Shown: piece after piece, positions 37,600 through 51,245 of the stretch
How positions within the stretch are numbered: the first letter of the stretch is position 1
Layout: the number at the start of each line of letters is the position of its first letter
From: Pristiophorus japonicus
Taxonomy: Eukaryota
Direction of reading: 5' to 3'
Length of the DNA stretch: 64,000 nucleotides
NCBI RefSeq assembly: GCF_044704955.1
Contig: NC_091978.1
Location: 297,414,001 to 297,478,000 of the forward strand
The notes under the pieces: model-generated
What the model was told of the DNA's origin: nothing
Seen by the model: the letters and a program-made list of their open reading frames with translations, nothing else
Database searches by the model: none
Made by a program: the position numbers and the translations under genes

Positions 37600-38278
37600 G
37601 GCCCAGAAATTCTGGCCTCCCCGGGTCCGTACAATGCGCATACGCTGAAAACTGCCGCTTCCGATCTGTCAAGATCATCCGCATCTCGGGAGCGAGGGCA
37701 AGGGCAAGATTACAGTATTTACCCATTTCTTGCCCAGCAAATGTCCTCAAAACTCTTGCGTCTGATCAAAGCAGGCGCATAGCCTACTTTTACAGGCTTA
37801 AGAATCTTAAAACGCACTTAAAACATAAAAAATACAATTAAAAATACACATTTTATTTTTAAAAACCCTGCTCACTGCGTTAAATTTATTTTAAACCATA
37901 ACTAAAAAACTTTTTAAAAACTTGGACATTTTTTTTTTCTCTGATATTTATTAACTTTAATTTCAATTAATTTTAATTATGTGAGGTGTGTTTTTAATTT
38001 TTTAATTGGGTGTTTGTGTGTTTGGTTTTTTTTTCTCAATTAATAGCAATGAGAACTCGTAGATGCGGAGTTCCCATTGCTATTAATTGAGAATACTTTA
38101 CCTGATTGGTTGAGCAGTCACATCTGACTGCACTTTCTGCGTGGGAACCTGGAGGACGGGAAGAGAAGGCCTCCCCCACGGAATCTCACGTTCCTCCGGG
38201 ACCACCAGGTACTTTCGGGAAAATTCTCCGGTCGGAGGCAATTGCCCGTGGGAAGTCTCTGACTGGAATTTCAGGGCC
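37600..38278. mobile_element. Harbinger-type MITE with 3-bp TSD ATT
   Basis: TIRs GGCCCAGAAATTC / GAATTTCAGGGCC; removing it restores CR1 CAATATATTACCTCC. Confidence 0.88.
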
Positions 38279-39532
38279 ATTACCTCCAATCCTATGATCC
38301 CTTATCTTGTGTGATAACCTTTTATGTGGCACCTTATCGAATGCCTTATGGAAATCCAAATGTATTACATCCACTGGTTCCCCTTTATCTACTCTCCTAG
38401 TTACACCCTCCAAAAATTCTAATAAATTTGTCAAACACGATTTCTCTTTGATAAAACCATGTTGACTCTGCCTTATCATGTCATGATTTTCTAAGTGCCC
38501 TGATACCACTTCCTTAACAATGGATTCCAGCATTTTCCCGACGACTGATGTCAGGCTAACTGGCCTGTAATTCTCTGTTTTCTCTCTCCCTCCTTTCTTG
38601 AATAGCGGTGTTACATTTGTAACCTTCCAATCTGCTGGGACTGTTATAGAATCTAGGGAATTTTGGAAGATCAAAACCAATGCATCCACTATCTCCGCAG
38701 CCACCTCTTTTAGAACCCTAGGATGTAGGCTCCGGTGCAGGGGATTTGTCAACATTTAGTCCCCTTAGATTCTCTAGCACTTTTTCTCTACTTATATGAA
38801 TTACATTAAGTTCCTCACCCTCATTAGACCCTTGGTTCCCCACCATTTTAGGTATGCTTTTTGCATCTTCTACTGTGAAGACAGATACAAAATATTTGTT
38901 TAACATTTCTGCCATTTCCTTATTCCCCATAATAATTTCTCCTTCCTCAGCCTCTAAAAGGACCAAATGTTTACTTTTGCTATTCTCTTCCTTTTTACAT
39001 CTTACAATCTGCTTTTATATTTCTTGCTAGTTTTCTCTCAGTCTATTTTTTCCCTTTTTATCAATTTTTTGGCTCATCCTTTGCTGGTTTCTGAATCCTT
39101 GGGCTAACTACTATTCTTCGTAACATTATACGCTTCTTATTTCGATCTAATGCTATCCTTAACTTCTTTACTTAGCCATGGATGGATCATTTTTACAGTG
39201 GAGTTTTTGTTTCTCAATGGAATGTATTTTTGTTGAGAATTGTGAAATATTTCTTTAAATGCTAGCCACTGCTTATCTACTGCGATACCTTTTAATTTTT
39301 TTCCAATCCACCTTAGCCAATTCGCCCTTCATACCTAATTGGCTTTATTTAAGGTGAAGATAAGTTTTGGACTTGGGCAAGTCACTCTGAAATGTAACGT
39401 GAAATTCTATCGCATTATGATCACTCTGCCCCAGAGGATCCTTTACTATAAGATTGCTAATTAACCCTGTCTCATTACACAATACAAGATCTAAAATAGC
39501 ATGTTCCCTGGTTGGTTCCATGACGTATTGTT

Positions 39533-40105
39533 CATGGTATTGGGGATAATGTACTGACGTGGATAGAGAGCTGGTTGGCAGACAGGAAGCAGAGAGTCGG
39601 GATAAATGGGTCCTTTTCAGAATGGCAGGCAGTGACTCGTGGAGTGCCGCAGGGCTCAGTGCTGGGACCTCAGCTCTTTACAATATACGTTAACAATTCA
39701 GATGAAGGAATAGAGTATAATATCTCCAAGTTTGTGGATGACACTAAACTAGGTGGCGGTGTGAGCTGTGAGGAGGACGCTAAGAGGCTGCAGGGTGACT
39801 TGGACATAGTCTTAGGATTAGGGGTATGTCATTTAGGACTGAGATGAGGAGAAACTTCTTCACTCAGAGAGTTGTTAACCTATGGAGTTCCCTGCCGCAG
39901 TGAGTTGTTGATGCCAGTTCATTGGACACATTCAAGAGGGAGTTAGATATGGCCCTTATGGCTAAGGGGATCAAGGGGTATGGAGAGAAAGCAGGAAAGG
40001 GGTACTGAGGGAATGATCAGCCATGATCTTATTGAATGGCGGTGCAGGCTCGAAGGGCCAAATGGCCTACTCCTGCATCTATTTTCTATGTTTCTATGTT
40101 TCTAT
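39533..40105 (+). mobile_element. 5'-truncated, internally deleted CR1
   Basis: [25 protein letters not shown] then a jump at about 39805 to the 3' end; TTTCTATGTTTCTATGTTTCTATG tail. Confidence 0.9.
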
Positions 40106-41666
40106 GAAACTGTCCCGAAATGCATTCCATGAATTCGTCCTCCAAACTACCTTTGCCAATTTGATTTGTCAGGTCTATATGAAGATTAAAGTCAACCACG
40201 ATTATTGCATTATCTTTGTTACACGCTCCTACTAATTCTTGATTAATATTCTGTATAACGCATAGTTACTGTTAGGGGGAGGGACTATATACTACTCCTA
40301 CCAGTGTTTTCTGCCCCTTGTTATTCCTTATGTCCACCCATACTGATTCTACTTCCTGATCTTCCAAGCCGAGATCTTTTCTCTCGACTATCCTTACGCC
40401 ATCCTTTATTATCACGTCTACCCGACCCCTCCTTTACTATTCTGTCTCTCTTTTCAAAACGTCAAGTACCTTGGAACATTTCGTTCCTAACCTTGGTCAC
40501 CTTGCAACCACGTCTCTGTAATGGCTTTTAGATCAATGCCATTGTCTCTATTCGTGCCACTCGGTCATCTATCTTATTACAAATGCTTTGTGCATTCAGA
40601 TAAAAAGAGCCTTTAATTTAATTTTTATTACTATTATTCCATGCTTTGACCATATTCTCTGCTGCACTGCTACCATTAAATTCTCTATCTCTTCCTGTCA
40701 CACTCTGCTTATTTTTACCCAAATCGCTACACTGCTCTATTGCATTGACCTTTCTTTTTGGATATCTAAATTTCCTCTCACTTGACCCCTCCCCCCATTT
40801 TTCAGTTTAAAGCCCTATCTACAGCCCTAATTATTCGATGTGCCAAGACACTGGTCCCAACCCAGTTTAAGCGGAGCTCGTCATGATGGAACAGCTACCT
40901 CTTTCCCCAGAACTGGTGCCAGTGCCCCACGAGTTGAAATCCCTTCTTCCCACACTGCTCTTTGAGCCATGCATTTAACTCACTGATCTGCATTTAATTC
41001 TCTATGCCAATTTGTGTGTGGCTTAGGTAGATTGTTACCCTTGAGGTTCTGCTTATTAATTTAGACCCTAGCTCCACGAACTCCCTCAGCAGAAACTCAT
41101 TCTAAGTTCTACCTATGTCATCGGTTCCTATATGGACCACAACAACTGGATACGCCCCCTCCCACGTTCATCTCTATCTGCGAGGCGAGATCCTTAACCC
41201 TGGCAGGCAACACAACCTCTGGAACTCCCTGACGTGGTTGCTGAGAACGGTATCCCCCTGACGATACTGTCCCCTACCACCACCACATTCCTTCCTTCTT
41301 CCCCCACTCGGATGGCCCTCTGTACCACGGTGCTGCGGTCAATTTGCCCATCCTCCCTGCAGTCCTTTTCCTCATCCATACAGAGAGCAAGTACCTCGTA
41401 CCTTTTGGACAGGGTCAAGGGCTGAGGCTCCTCCATCACTGCATCCTGGGTCCCCTTACCTTCCTGACTCGTAGTCACACCCCCCTGTCCCTGACCATTG
41501 ATTAACTCTATTTAACCGTAAGGGTGTGACTGCGTCCTGAAGCAAAGTGTCCAGGTAACTCTCTCCCTGATGCATCACAATGTCTGCAGCTCATACTCCA
41601 GCTCAACAATTTGGACCTTAAGTTCCTTGAGTTGCAGACACTTACTTTACTGCAGATGTGGTTGCT

Positions 41667-44112
41667 CAGGCTATGATTTCCATCAATTTAGCCTCAAAAC
41701 AGCGGCGGCAACAGAAACGCTGCCACAGGAAAATCAAAGCTGGAGCATTCAAAGACCCTGCTAAGAAAGCACTATTCAGCCAGCGCCTCACAGCCAACCT
41801 GACGACTTCCAGTGAACCAGAGTCACAGAGTGTCTGGTCTTCCCTCAAGGCCTCTATAATTAACATCTGTGAAGAGATGCTAGGTCACTCCACCAGGAAA
41901 CATCAAGACTGGTTCGATAAAAATGACCAGGAAATCCAGGAGCTAATAAGCCGCAAGTGCAAGGCATTCTTGAACTGGAAACAGCAACACAACTCGAGAG
42001 CAAGAAAGCAGCTCTATAGATGTCTGAAGACTGAGGTCCACCATAAAACTCACAACCTAAAGAACAGATGGTGGGTGGAAAAAGCGCAGGAGATCCAGCA
42101 ACTAGCCGACAACCACGACATGCGTGGATTCTTTAGCACAGTCAAGACCACTTACGGTCCAAGCACCCAAGGTTCCACCTCACTGAGGACCAAGAAAGGA
42201 GAGGTACTCATCAAGGATAGAGAGGCAGTCAGTGCCTGCTGGAAGCAGCACTTCGAAGATCTCCTTAACCAAGAATCTGTCTTTGAGGCGAGTGTCCTCG
42301 ACTCCATCCCGCAACATGCTACCCGCCACCACCTCAACACAACCGCAGCCTGGCATGAGGTTGAAAAGGCCATTCGTCAGTTGAAGAACAACAATGCCTC
42401 AGGTGCAGATCCTTGCCGACGTACTAAAGCATGGGGGGATAAGCATTATTGGTGTGAATCCATTAACTAATTTCTCTTATTTGGAAGGAGGAGAGCATGC
42501 CAGGGGATCTCAGAGACACTTCAAGAAAGGTGACAAGTCTGATTGTGGTAATTACAGAGGAGTATCCCTGCTGTCTGCCACAGGGAAAGTCATCGCAAGA
42601 ATCCTTCTCAATCACCTTCTCCCAGTGGCTGAAGTGCTCCTCCTGGAGTCGCAATGCGGATTCTACCCACTAAGGGAGGGGCACAATGGACATGATCTTC
42701 ATTGCGCGTCAAATTCAAGAAAAATGCAGGGAGCAGCACCAACCTCTGTACATGGCCTTCTTTGACCTCACAAAGGCCTTCGAGACTGTCAAGCGTGAGG
42801 GATTACGGAGTGTCCTCCTCAAATTCGGCTGCCCTCAAAAGGTTTGTCACCATCCTCCACCTGCTTCACGATGACATGCAAGCCGTGATCCTGACCAACA
42901 GAGCCACCACAGACCCAATACACGTGTGGACTTGGATTAAGCAAGGCAGTGTCATCGCACCAACGTTCTTCTCGATCTTCCTTGCTGCAATGCTCCATCT
43001 CACCCTCAATATGCTCCCCGCTGAAGTGGAGCTCATCTACAGAACAAATGGGAAATTGTTCAACATCCGTCGCCTTCAGTCTAGATCCAAGGTCGGCCCA
43101 TCCTCTGTCGTTGAATTACAGTATGCAGATGATGCTTGTGTTTGCGCACACTCGGAGGTCGAACTCCAAAGCATCGTCAACACCTTCACCGAAGTGTACA
43201 AGTGTATGGGCCTTACATTAAACATCCGTAAGACAAAGGTTCTCAACCAACTTGGCCTGCCACACAGTACTACCCCCTGATTATCAAGATCGATGGCGAG
43301 GCCTTGGATAACGTGGACCATTTTCCATACCTTGGGATCCTCCTGTCAACCAAGGCAGACTTCGATGACGAAGTCCAACACCGCCTTCAGTGTGACAGTG
43401 CAGCCATCGGATGCCTGAGGAAGAGTGTATTTGAAGACCAAGACCTCAAACCAGGCACCAAGCTCATGGTCTACAGAGCAGTAGTGATACTCGCCCTCCG
43501 TATGGTTTAGAGACATGGGCTATGTACAGCAGGCATATCAAAGCACTGAAGTAGTACCATCAACGCTGTCTCCGCAAGATCCTACAAATCCATTGGCAGG
43601 ATAGGAGCACCAGTGTCAGTGTGATCGTTCAGGCCAGCATCGAAGCATTTACCATGCTCAATCAGCTCCGATGGTCGGGCCACATCGTCCGCATACCTGA
43701 TACTAGACTCCCAAAACAAACACTCTACTCAGAGCTCCGACACGGCAAACGAGTCCCAGATGGGCAGAGGAAACGCTTCAAGGACACCCTCAAAGCCTCA
43801 TTGTAAAAGTGCAACATCCCCACTGACACCTGGGAATCCCTGGCCCAACACCGCTCAAAGTGGAGGAGAAGTATCCGGGAAGCCGGCGAACACCTCGAGT
43901 CTCTTCGCTGGGAGCACGCAGAAGGCAAGCGCAAACAGCGGAAGGCGCACACGACAACCCAAGCACCCCACCAAACGTCCCCTCAACCACCGTCTGCCCT
44001 ACCTGTGACAGAGACTGTGGATCCTGCATTGGGCCCCTCAGTCACCTGAGAACTCATATTAGCGTGGAAGAAAGTCATCCTCGTCTCCGAGGGACTGCCT
44101 AAGGAGGAGAAG
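41667..44112 (+). mobile_element. RTE-clade LINE (Bov-B/Expander-like), 5'-truncated
   Basis: RKHQDWFD, NYRGVSLLSATGKV, DMIFIARQIQEKCREQ, AFFDLTKAFE, QYADDA, QLRWSGHIVRIPDTRLPK, CPTCDRDC..SHLRTH; flanked by GTGGTT(G/A)CT duplication (41658-41666, 44113-44121). Confidence 0.93.
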
Positions 44113-44439
44113 GTGGTTACTTGGGATCGCTATGCTCTCTGCCAACTCCCACATGCTGCAGTTATGACACACCACCTGCCCTGCCATCTCTAACCTTGTT
44201 TTATTTATTAATTAATCAGTTAATTCTTTGATTCAATCAATATTTTAGTTTTATTGTTCAATTATTTTATGCTTTGAGTTATTAATTTAATAAGTACTAG
44301 ACAAGTTACAATTTCTCAGCTCTTAATTTAACCCTCTTCCCTAACTTAGACAGCAAAGAAAAGCTGTAATAATCACCTACCTGCTCTCCTGTGATATCAC
44401 TGTTTCATTTTTGGTTCTTGTATTTGAATTGGAGCCTCT

Positions 44440-44590
44440 CTGCTCTGATCCCACTCCTTCTGGATTCGGGTCTCCTCTCCCCACTCTATTTATGCCGCAC
44501 CACTCTTGCTCAGCTCCCGCTCCTTCTGGTCTCGGGCCTCCTGTCCCCGCTTTATTTATGCCGCTCTGCTCTCGCTCCACTCCCGCTCCT
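44440..44590 (-). repeat. 66-bp degenerate tandem monomers (~2.3 copies) at a CR1 5' end
   Basis: TATTTATGCCGC at 44487 and 44553 (GCGGCATAAATA on -). Confidence 0.75.
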
Positions 44591-47376
44591 CCTTCAATAA
44601 TTTGTGCACATATACCGCTGGGTCTCTCTGTTCATGCACCCACTTTAGGATTGTACCCATTTGTTCTCCTCGTTCTTCCTACCAAAATGTATCACTTCAC
44701 ACTTTTCTGTGTTACATTTCATCTGGCCAATATACTGCCAAGTTTTGTGTCATCTGCAAATTTTGAAACTGTGCCCTGTACACCCAAGTCCAAGTTAATA
44801 TACACATCAAAGTAAGCAGTGGCCCTAGTACGGACCCCTGGGAAACACCACTGTGTACCTCCAGTCTGTTTGCCGCTACTCTCTGTTTCCTGTCACTTAG
44901 CCAATTTTAACATTAGAACATAAGAAATAGGAGCAGGAGTAGGCCATTTGGCCCCTCGAGCCTGCTCACCATTTAATACGATCATGGCTGATCCAATCAT
45001 GGACTCGGGTCCACTTCCCTGCCCACTCCCCATAACCCCTTATTCCCTTATCGGTTAAGAAACTGTCTACCTCTCTCTTAAATTTATTCAATGACCCAGC
45101 TTCCACAGCTCTCTGAGTCAGCGAATTCCACAGATTTACAACCCTCTGAGAGAAGAAATTCCTCTTCATCTCAGTTTTAAATGGGCAGCCCCTTATTCTA
45201 AGATTATGTCCCCTAGTTCTAGTCTCCCCTATCAGTGGAAACATCCTCTCTGCATCCACCTTGTCAAGCCCCTCATAATCTTATACATTGCGATAAGATA
45301 GAAACATAGAAATTTACAGCGCAGAAGGAGGCCATTCCGGGCCATCGAGTCTGCGCCGGCCGACAAAGAGCCACACGGCCCTTGATCACCTCTCATTCTT
45401 CTGAATTCCAGAGTAGAGGCCCAACCTACTCAACCTTTCCTCAAGTCAATCCCCTCATCTCCGGAATCAACCTAGTGAACCTTCTCTGAACAGCCTCCAA
45501 AGCAAGTATATCCTTTCTTAAATATGGAAACCAAAACTGCACGCAGTATTCCAGGTGTGGCCTCACCAATACCCTTTACAACTGTAGCAATACTTCCCTG
45601 CTTTTATACTCCATCTCCTTTGCAATAAAGGCCAACGTTCCATTGGCCTTCCTGATCACTTGCTGTACCTTCATACTAACCTTTTGTGTTTCATGCACAA
45701 GTACCCCCAGGTCCCACTATACTGCAGCACTTTGCAATTTTTCTCCATTTAAAAAATAACTTCCTCTTCGATTTTTTTTCTGCCGAAGTGCATAATCTCA
45801 CACTTTCCAACATATTATAATCCATCTGTCAAATGTTTGCTCACTCACTGAGCCTGTCTATGTCCTTTTGCAGATTTTTTGTGTCCTCCTCACACATTGC
45901 TTTTCCTCCCATCTTTGTATCGTCAGCAAACTTGGCTACAATACACTCAGTCCCTTCTTCCAAGTCGTTAATATAGATTGTAAATAGTTGGGGTCCCAGC
46001 ACTGATCCTGCGGCACCCCATTAGTTACCAACCCGAAAATTAGCCATTTATCCCGACTCTCTGTTTTCTGTTAGTTAGCCAATCCTCTATCCATGCTAAT
46101 ATATTACCCCCAACCCTGTGAACATTTATCTTGTGCAGTAACCTTTTATGTGGCACCTTGTCAAATGCCTTCTGAAAGTCCAAATACACCACATTCATTG
46201 GTTCCCCATTATCCACCCTGTTCGTTACATCCTCAAAGAATTCCAGCAAATTTGTCAAACATGACTTCCCCTTCATAAATTCATGCTGACTCTGCCTGAC
46301 TGAATTATGCTTTTCAAAATGTCCTTCTATTGCTTCTTTAACAATGGACTCCAACATTTTCCCAACCACAGATGTTCGGCTAATTGGTCTATAGTTTCCT
46401 GCTTTTTGTCTGCCTCCTTTTTTAAATAGCGGCGTAACATTTGCAATTTTCCAATCTGCTCGGATCTCCCCAGAATCCAGGGAATTTTGGTAAATTACAA
46501 CCAATGCATCCACTATCCTTGCCACTAAATCTCTTAAGCCATCAGGTCCAGGGATTTATCCGCCTTTAGTCCCATTATCTTACTGAGTACCACCTCCTTA
46601 GTGATTGTGATTGTGTTAAGTTCCTCCCCCCCATAGCCCCTTGACTATCCACTGTTGCAATATTTTTAATGTCCTCTACCGTAAAGACTGATACAAAATA
46701 TTTGTTCAGAGTTTCTGTCATCTCCATGTTCCCCATTCCCCGATCTCGTCCTCTTCGGGACCAACATTTACTTTAGCCACTCTTTTCCTTTTTATCTACC
46801 TGTAGAAACTTTTGCTATCTGTTTTTATATTTTGTGCTAGTTTACTTTCATAGTCTATCTTCCCTTAATCATTTTTTTAGTCATTCTTTGCTGGCTTTTA
46901 AAAGCTTCCCAATCTTCTGTCCTCCCAGTAGTTTTGGCCACTTTGTATGCCCTTGTTTTTAAATTGGATGCCATCCTTTATTTCTTTAGTTAGCCACGGA
47001 TGGCTATCTTTTCTTTTACACCCTTTCCTCCTCACTGGAATATATTTTTCTTGAGTTATGAAATATCTCCTTAAATGTACACCACTGTTCATCAACCGTC
47101 CTACACTTTAATTTATTTTCCCAGTCCACTTAAGCCAACTCTGCCCTCATACCTTCATAGTCTCCTTTATTTAAGCTTAGTACGCTGGTTTGAGATCCAA
47201 CTTTCTCGCCCTCCATCTGAATTTGAAATTCAACCATGCTATGATCACTCATTCCAAGGGGATCCTTTACTCGGAGATTGTTTGTTAATCCTCTCTCATT
47301 ATGCAGGACCAGATCTAAGATAGCCTGCCTCCTGGGTGGTTCCGATACATACTGCTCAAGGAACCCATCCCTTATG

Positions 47377-48655
47377 AAACATAGAAACATAGAAACATAG
47401 AAAATAGGTGCAGGAGTAGGCCATTCGGCCCTTCTAGCCTGCACCGCCATTCAATGAGTTCATGGCTGAACATTCAACTTCAGTACCCCATTCCTGCTTT
47501 CTCGCCATACCCCTTGATCCCCCTAGCAGTAAGGACCTCATCTAACTCCTTTTTGAATATATTTAGTGAATTGGCCTCAACAACTTTCTGTGGTAGAGAA
47601 TTCCACAGGTTCACCACTCTCTGGGTGAAGAAGTTCCTCCGCATCTCGGTCCTAAATGGCTTACCCCTTATCCTTAGACTGTGACCCCTGGTTCTGGACT
47701 TCCCCAACATTGGGAACATTCTTCCTGCATCTAACCTGTCTAACCCCGTCAGAATTTTATATGTTTCTATGAGGTCCCCTCTCATTCTTCTGAACTCCAG
47801 TGAATACAAGCCCAGTTGATCCAGTCTTTCTTGATAGGTCAGTCCCGCCATCCCGGGAATCAGTCTGGTGAACCTTCGCTGCACTCCCTCAATAGCAAGA
47901 ATGTCCTTCCTCAGGTTAGGAGACCAAAACTGTACACAATACTCCAGGTGTGGCCTCACCAATGCCCTGTACAACTGTAGCAACACCTCCCTGCCCCTGT
48001 ACTCAAATCCCCTTGCTATGAAGGCCAACATGCCATTTGCTTTCTTAACCGCCTGCTGCACCTGCATGCCAACCTTCAATGACTGATGTACCATGACACC
48101 AGGTCTCTTTGCACCTCCCCTTTTCCTAATCTGTCACCATTCAGATAATAGTCTGTCTCTCTGTTTTTACCACCAAAGTGGATAACCTCACATTTATCCA
48201 CATTATACTTCATCTGCCATGCATTTGCCCACTCACCTAACCTATCCAAGTCGCTCTGCAGCCTCACAGCATCCTCCTCGCAGCTCACACTGCCACCCAA
48301 CTTAGTGTCATCCGCAAATTTGGAGATACTACATTTAATCCCCTCATCTAAATCATTAATGTACAGTGTAAACAGCTGGGGCCCCAGCACAGAACCTTGC
48401 GGTACCCCACTAGTCACTGCCTGCCATTCTGAAAAGTACCCATTTACTCCTACTCTTTGCTTCCTGTCTGACAACCAGTTCTCAATCCATGTCAGTACAC
48501 TACCCCCAATCCCATGTGCTCTAACTTTGCACATCAATCTCTTGTGTGGGACCTTGTCGAACGCCTTCTGAAAGTCCAAATATACCACATCAACTGGTTC
48601 TCCCTTATCCACTCTACAGGAAACATCCTCAAAAAATTCCAGAAGATTTGTCAAG
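47377..48655 (-). mobile_element. Young 5'-truncated CR1
   Basis: ORFs 47480-48094 and 48076-48723 with nearly uninterrupted RT C-half; (AAACATAG)3 tail. Confidence 0.95.
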
Positions 48656-50521
48656 CACTCTGTGAACTCTTCCTCAAGGCCTGACCAATTTGAAATGTCC
48701 AAACTAATGGAGGTTAAAATCACCCATGATTATTGCTGTTCCCTTTTTACAAGCCCCCACTATTTCTTGGTTTATACTTCGACCAACAGAGTTGTTACTG
48801 TTAGGGGGCCGAAAGACTACGCCCACCAGTGACTTTTTCCCCTTATTATTCCTTATCTCTACCCAAACTGTTTCAACATCCTGATCATTTGAGCCAATAT
48901 CATTCCTCACTATTGGTGTGATTCCATCCTTTATCAACAGAGCTACCCCACCTCCTTTTCCTTTCTGTCTGACCTTCCAAATGGTCAAATACCACTGAAT
49001 ATTTAGTTCCCATCCTGGTCACCTTGCAACCACGTCTCTGTAATGGCTATCAGATCATACCCATTTGTATCTATTTGTGCCGTCAACTCATCTATTTTGT
49101 CACGATTGCTATGTGCATTTAGACAAAGAACTTTAAAATTTGTTTTTATCCCTTTTTTACCTTCACTTTCTTCATTTTTGCTTTCTAATTCCCCTCCCTA
49201 CTGAATCTATTCTCAGGTTCCCATCCCCCTGCCAAGCTAGTTTAAACCCTCCCCAACAGCACTTGCAAACTCCCCCGCGAGGATATTGGTCCCGGCTCTG
49301 TTGAGGTGCAACCCGTCCGGCTTGTACAGATCCCACCTCCTCCAGAAGCGGTCCCAATGCCTCAGGAAACTAAAGCCCTCCTTCCTGCACCATCTCTCCA
49401 GCCACGCATTCATCTGCTCTATCCTCCTATTTCTGTACTCACTAGCTCGTGGCACCGGGAATAATCCGAGTTTACTATCTTTGAGGTCCTGCTTTTCAAT
49501 CTCCTAGCTCCCTAAACTCTGTCTGCAGGACCTCATCCCTCTTTCTACCCATGTCATTGTTCCCGATATGGACCATGACCTCTGGCTGTTCACCCTCTCC
49601 CTGCAGAATGCCCTGCAGCCGCTCAGTGACATCCTTGACCAGGGAGGCAACATACCATCTGGAGTCATGTCTGCGGTCGGAGAAACGCCTGTCTGTTCCC
49701 CTGACCATTGAAACCCCTACCACTATAGCTGTTCCATTCCTCTTCCTCCCCCCCCCCCACCCACCACCCCTGTGCTGCGGAGCCAACTGTGGTGCCGTGG
49801 ATTTGGCTCTTGACTGCACTCCCCCGAGGCACCACCGCCCTCACCAGTGCTCAGAACAGATTACTGGTTGGAGAGCGAGATAGATTCGGGGGACTCCTGC
49901 ACTACCTGCCTGGTCCTGCTGTTCTGTCCGGCGGTCACCCACTCCGTCTCTACTTGCACACTCTTAAGCTGCGGGGTGATCACTTCTAGAAACGTGCTAT
50001 CCACTAAGCTCTCATCGGCTGGAGTCACTGCGGTTCAGTGACTCCAGCCGCCGCTCAAGCTCCAAAACACAGAGCTCGAGTTGGTGCAGCTGGAGACACC
50101 TCCTGCACACATGGTTGTCAAGGCTGCACGAAGCGTCCAGGATTTCCCACATGCCACAGGTTGTGCATCCACAGGAATGAGCTGCCCTGCCATCCCTCTA
50201 GTTAGACTCGGAACTATCAAGTAGGACTAAACTCTAAACCTTAGCAAAACACACCCAGCTGCTACTCAGCAAACAGCTGATTTAATTAATTAGTTTACCT
50301 TAGATTATAAAGTTCACTTATCTATTCAATTTCAGTTCCTAACTTACACCAATGCTCAAGGTTTTTAAAAAAGAAAAGAAAAGAAAAATACTCACCAATC
50401 CATTAGCCAATCACTTACCTGCTCGGCTGTGATGTCACACTTCGATTTTGATTCTTTTTACTTTTTGTCCCTTACTGTTGTCGGTGCTGCAGCTAGCTCC
50501 TCCCGACCTCTGGCTCCTCCT

Positions 50522-50809
50522 GATCTGCTGCTGCCTTTTGAAGCACCGCACCCGGTCTGCTCTCGCGATGCTTGCCTTCCGACCTTTGGTTCTTCCCGAT
50601 CTGCTGCTGCCTTTTGAAGCACCGCACCCGGTCTGCTCTCGCGATGCTTGCCTTCCGACCTTTGGTTCTTCCCGATCTGCTGCTGCCTTTTGAAGCACCG
50701 CACCCGGTCTGCTCTCGCGATGCTTGCCTTCCGACCTTTGGTTCTTCCCGATCTGCTGCTGCCTTTTGAAGTGCCGCACCCGGTCTGCTCTCATGATGCT
50801 TGCCCTCCG
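50522..50809 (-). repeat. 76-bp tandem array (~3.8 copies) at a CR1 5' end
   Basis: CTTTTGAAG recurs with AAG at 50541, 50617, 50693, 50769. Confidence 0.95.
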
Positions 50810-51245
50810 TACTTTGCTGCCACTTTCTCTTTTATTCCATGGGCTTCAACTTTGCTGCCAAGCCAATTATGTGGCACCTTATCAAATGCCTTTTGGAAGT
50901 CTCCAAACACTGTATCAACCAAATGGCCCTCATCAGCCCTTTATGTTACCTCATCAAAAAACTCAATCAAAGTAGTTAAACACGATTTGCCTTTAACAAA
51001 TCCATGCTGCCTTTCCTTAATTAATTCACTTGTCCTGGATGTTTCTAACTGCTTCTCCACTACCAAGGTTAAAGTGACTGGCCTGCAGTTGCTGGTTTAT
51101 CCTTACACCCTTTTTTAAACAAGGGTGTAACATTTGCAATTTTCCAGTCCTATGGCACCACTCCCATATCCAAGGAGGATTGGAATATTATGGCCAGTAC
51201 CTCTACAATTGCACTTTTACTTCCCTCAGCGTCCTAGGATGCATC

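Larger units (their letters stand above)
36836..44590 (-). mobile_element. Near full-length CR1 LINE (5' end about 44590), interrupted by an RTE, a CR1 and a MITE; 3' piece continues at 33766-33815
   Basis: ORF1 remnants (VVVGDSIVRG at about 41270), APE 40100-40620, RT ORFs 36969-38966. Confidence 0.88.
44910..50810 (-). mobile_element. Full-length degenerate CR1 LINE (5' monomers, ORF1 about 50193-49237, APE, RT), interrupted by a young CR1 at 47377-48655
   Basis: [48 protein letters not shown]; host reads CCCTTATG|CACTC across the insert. Confidence 0.9.
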
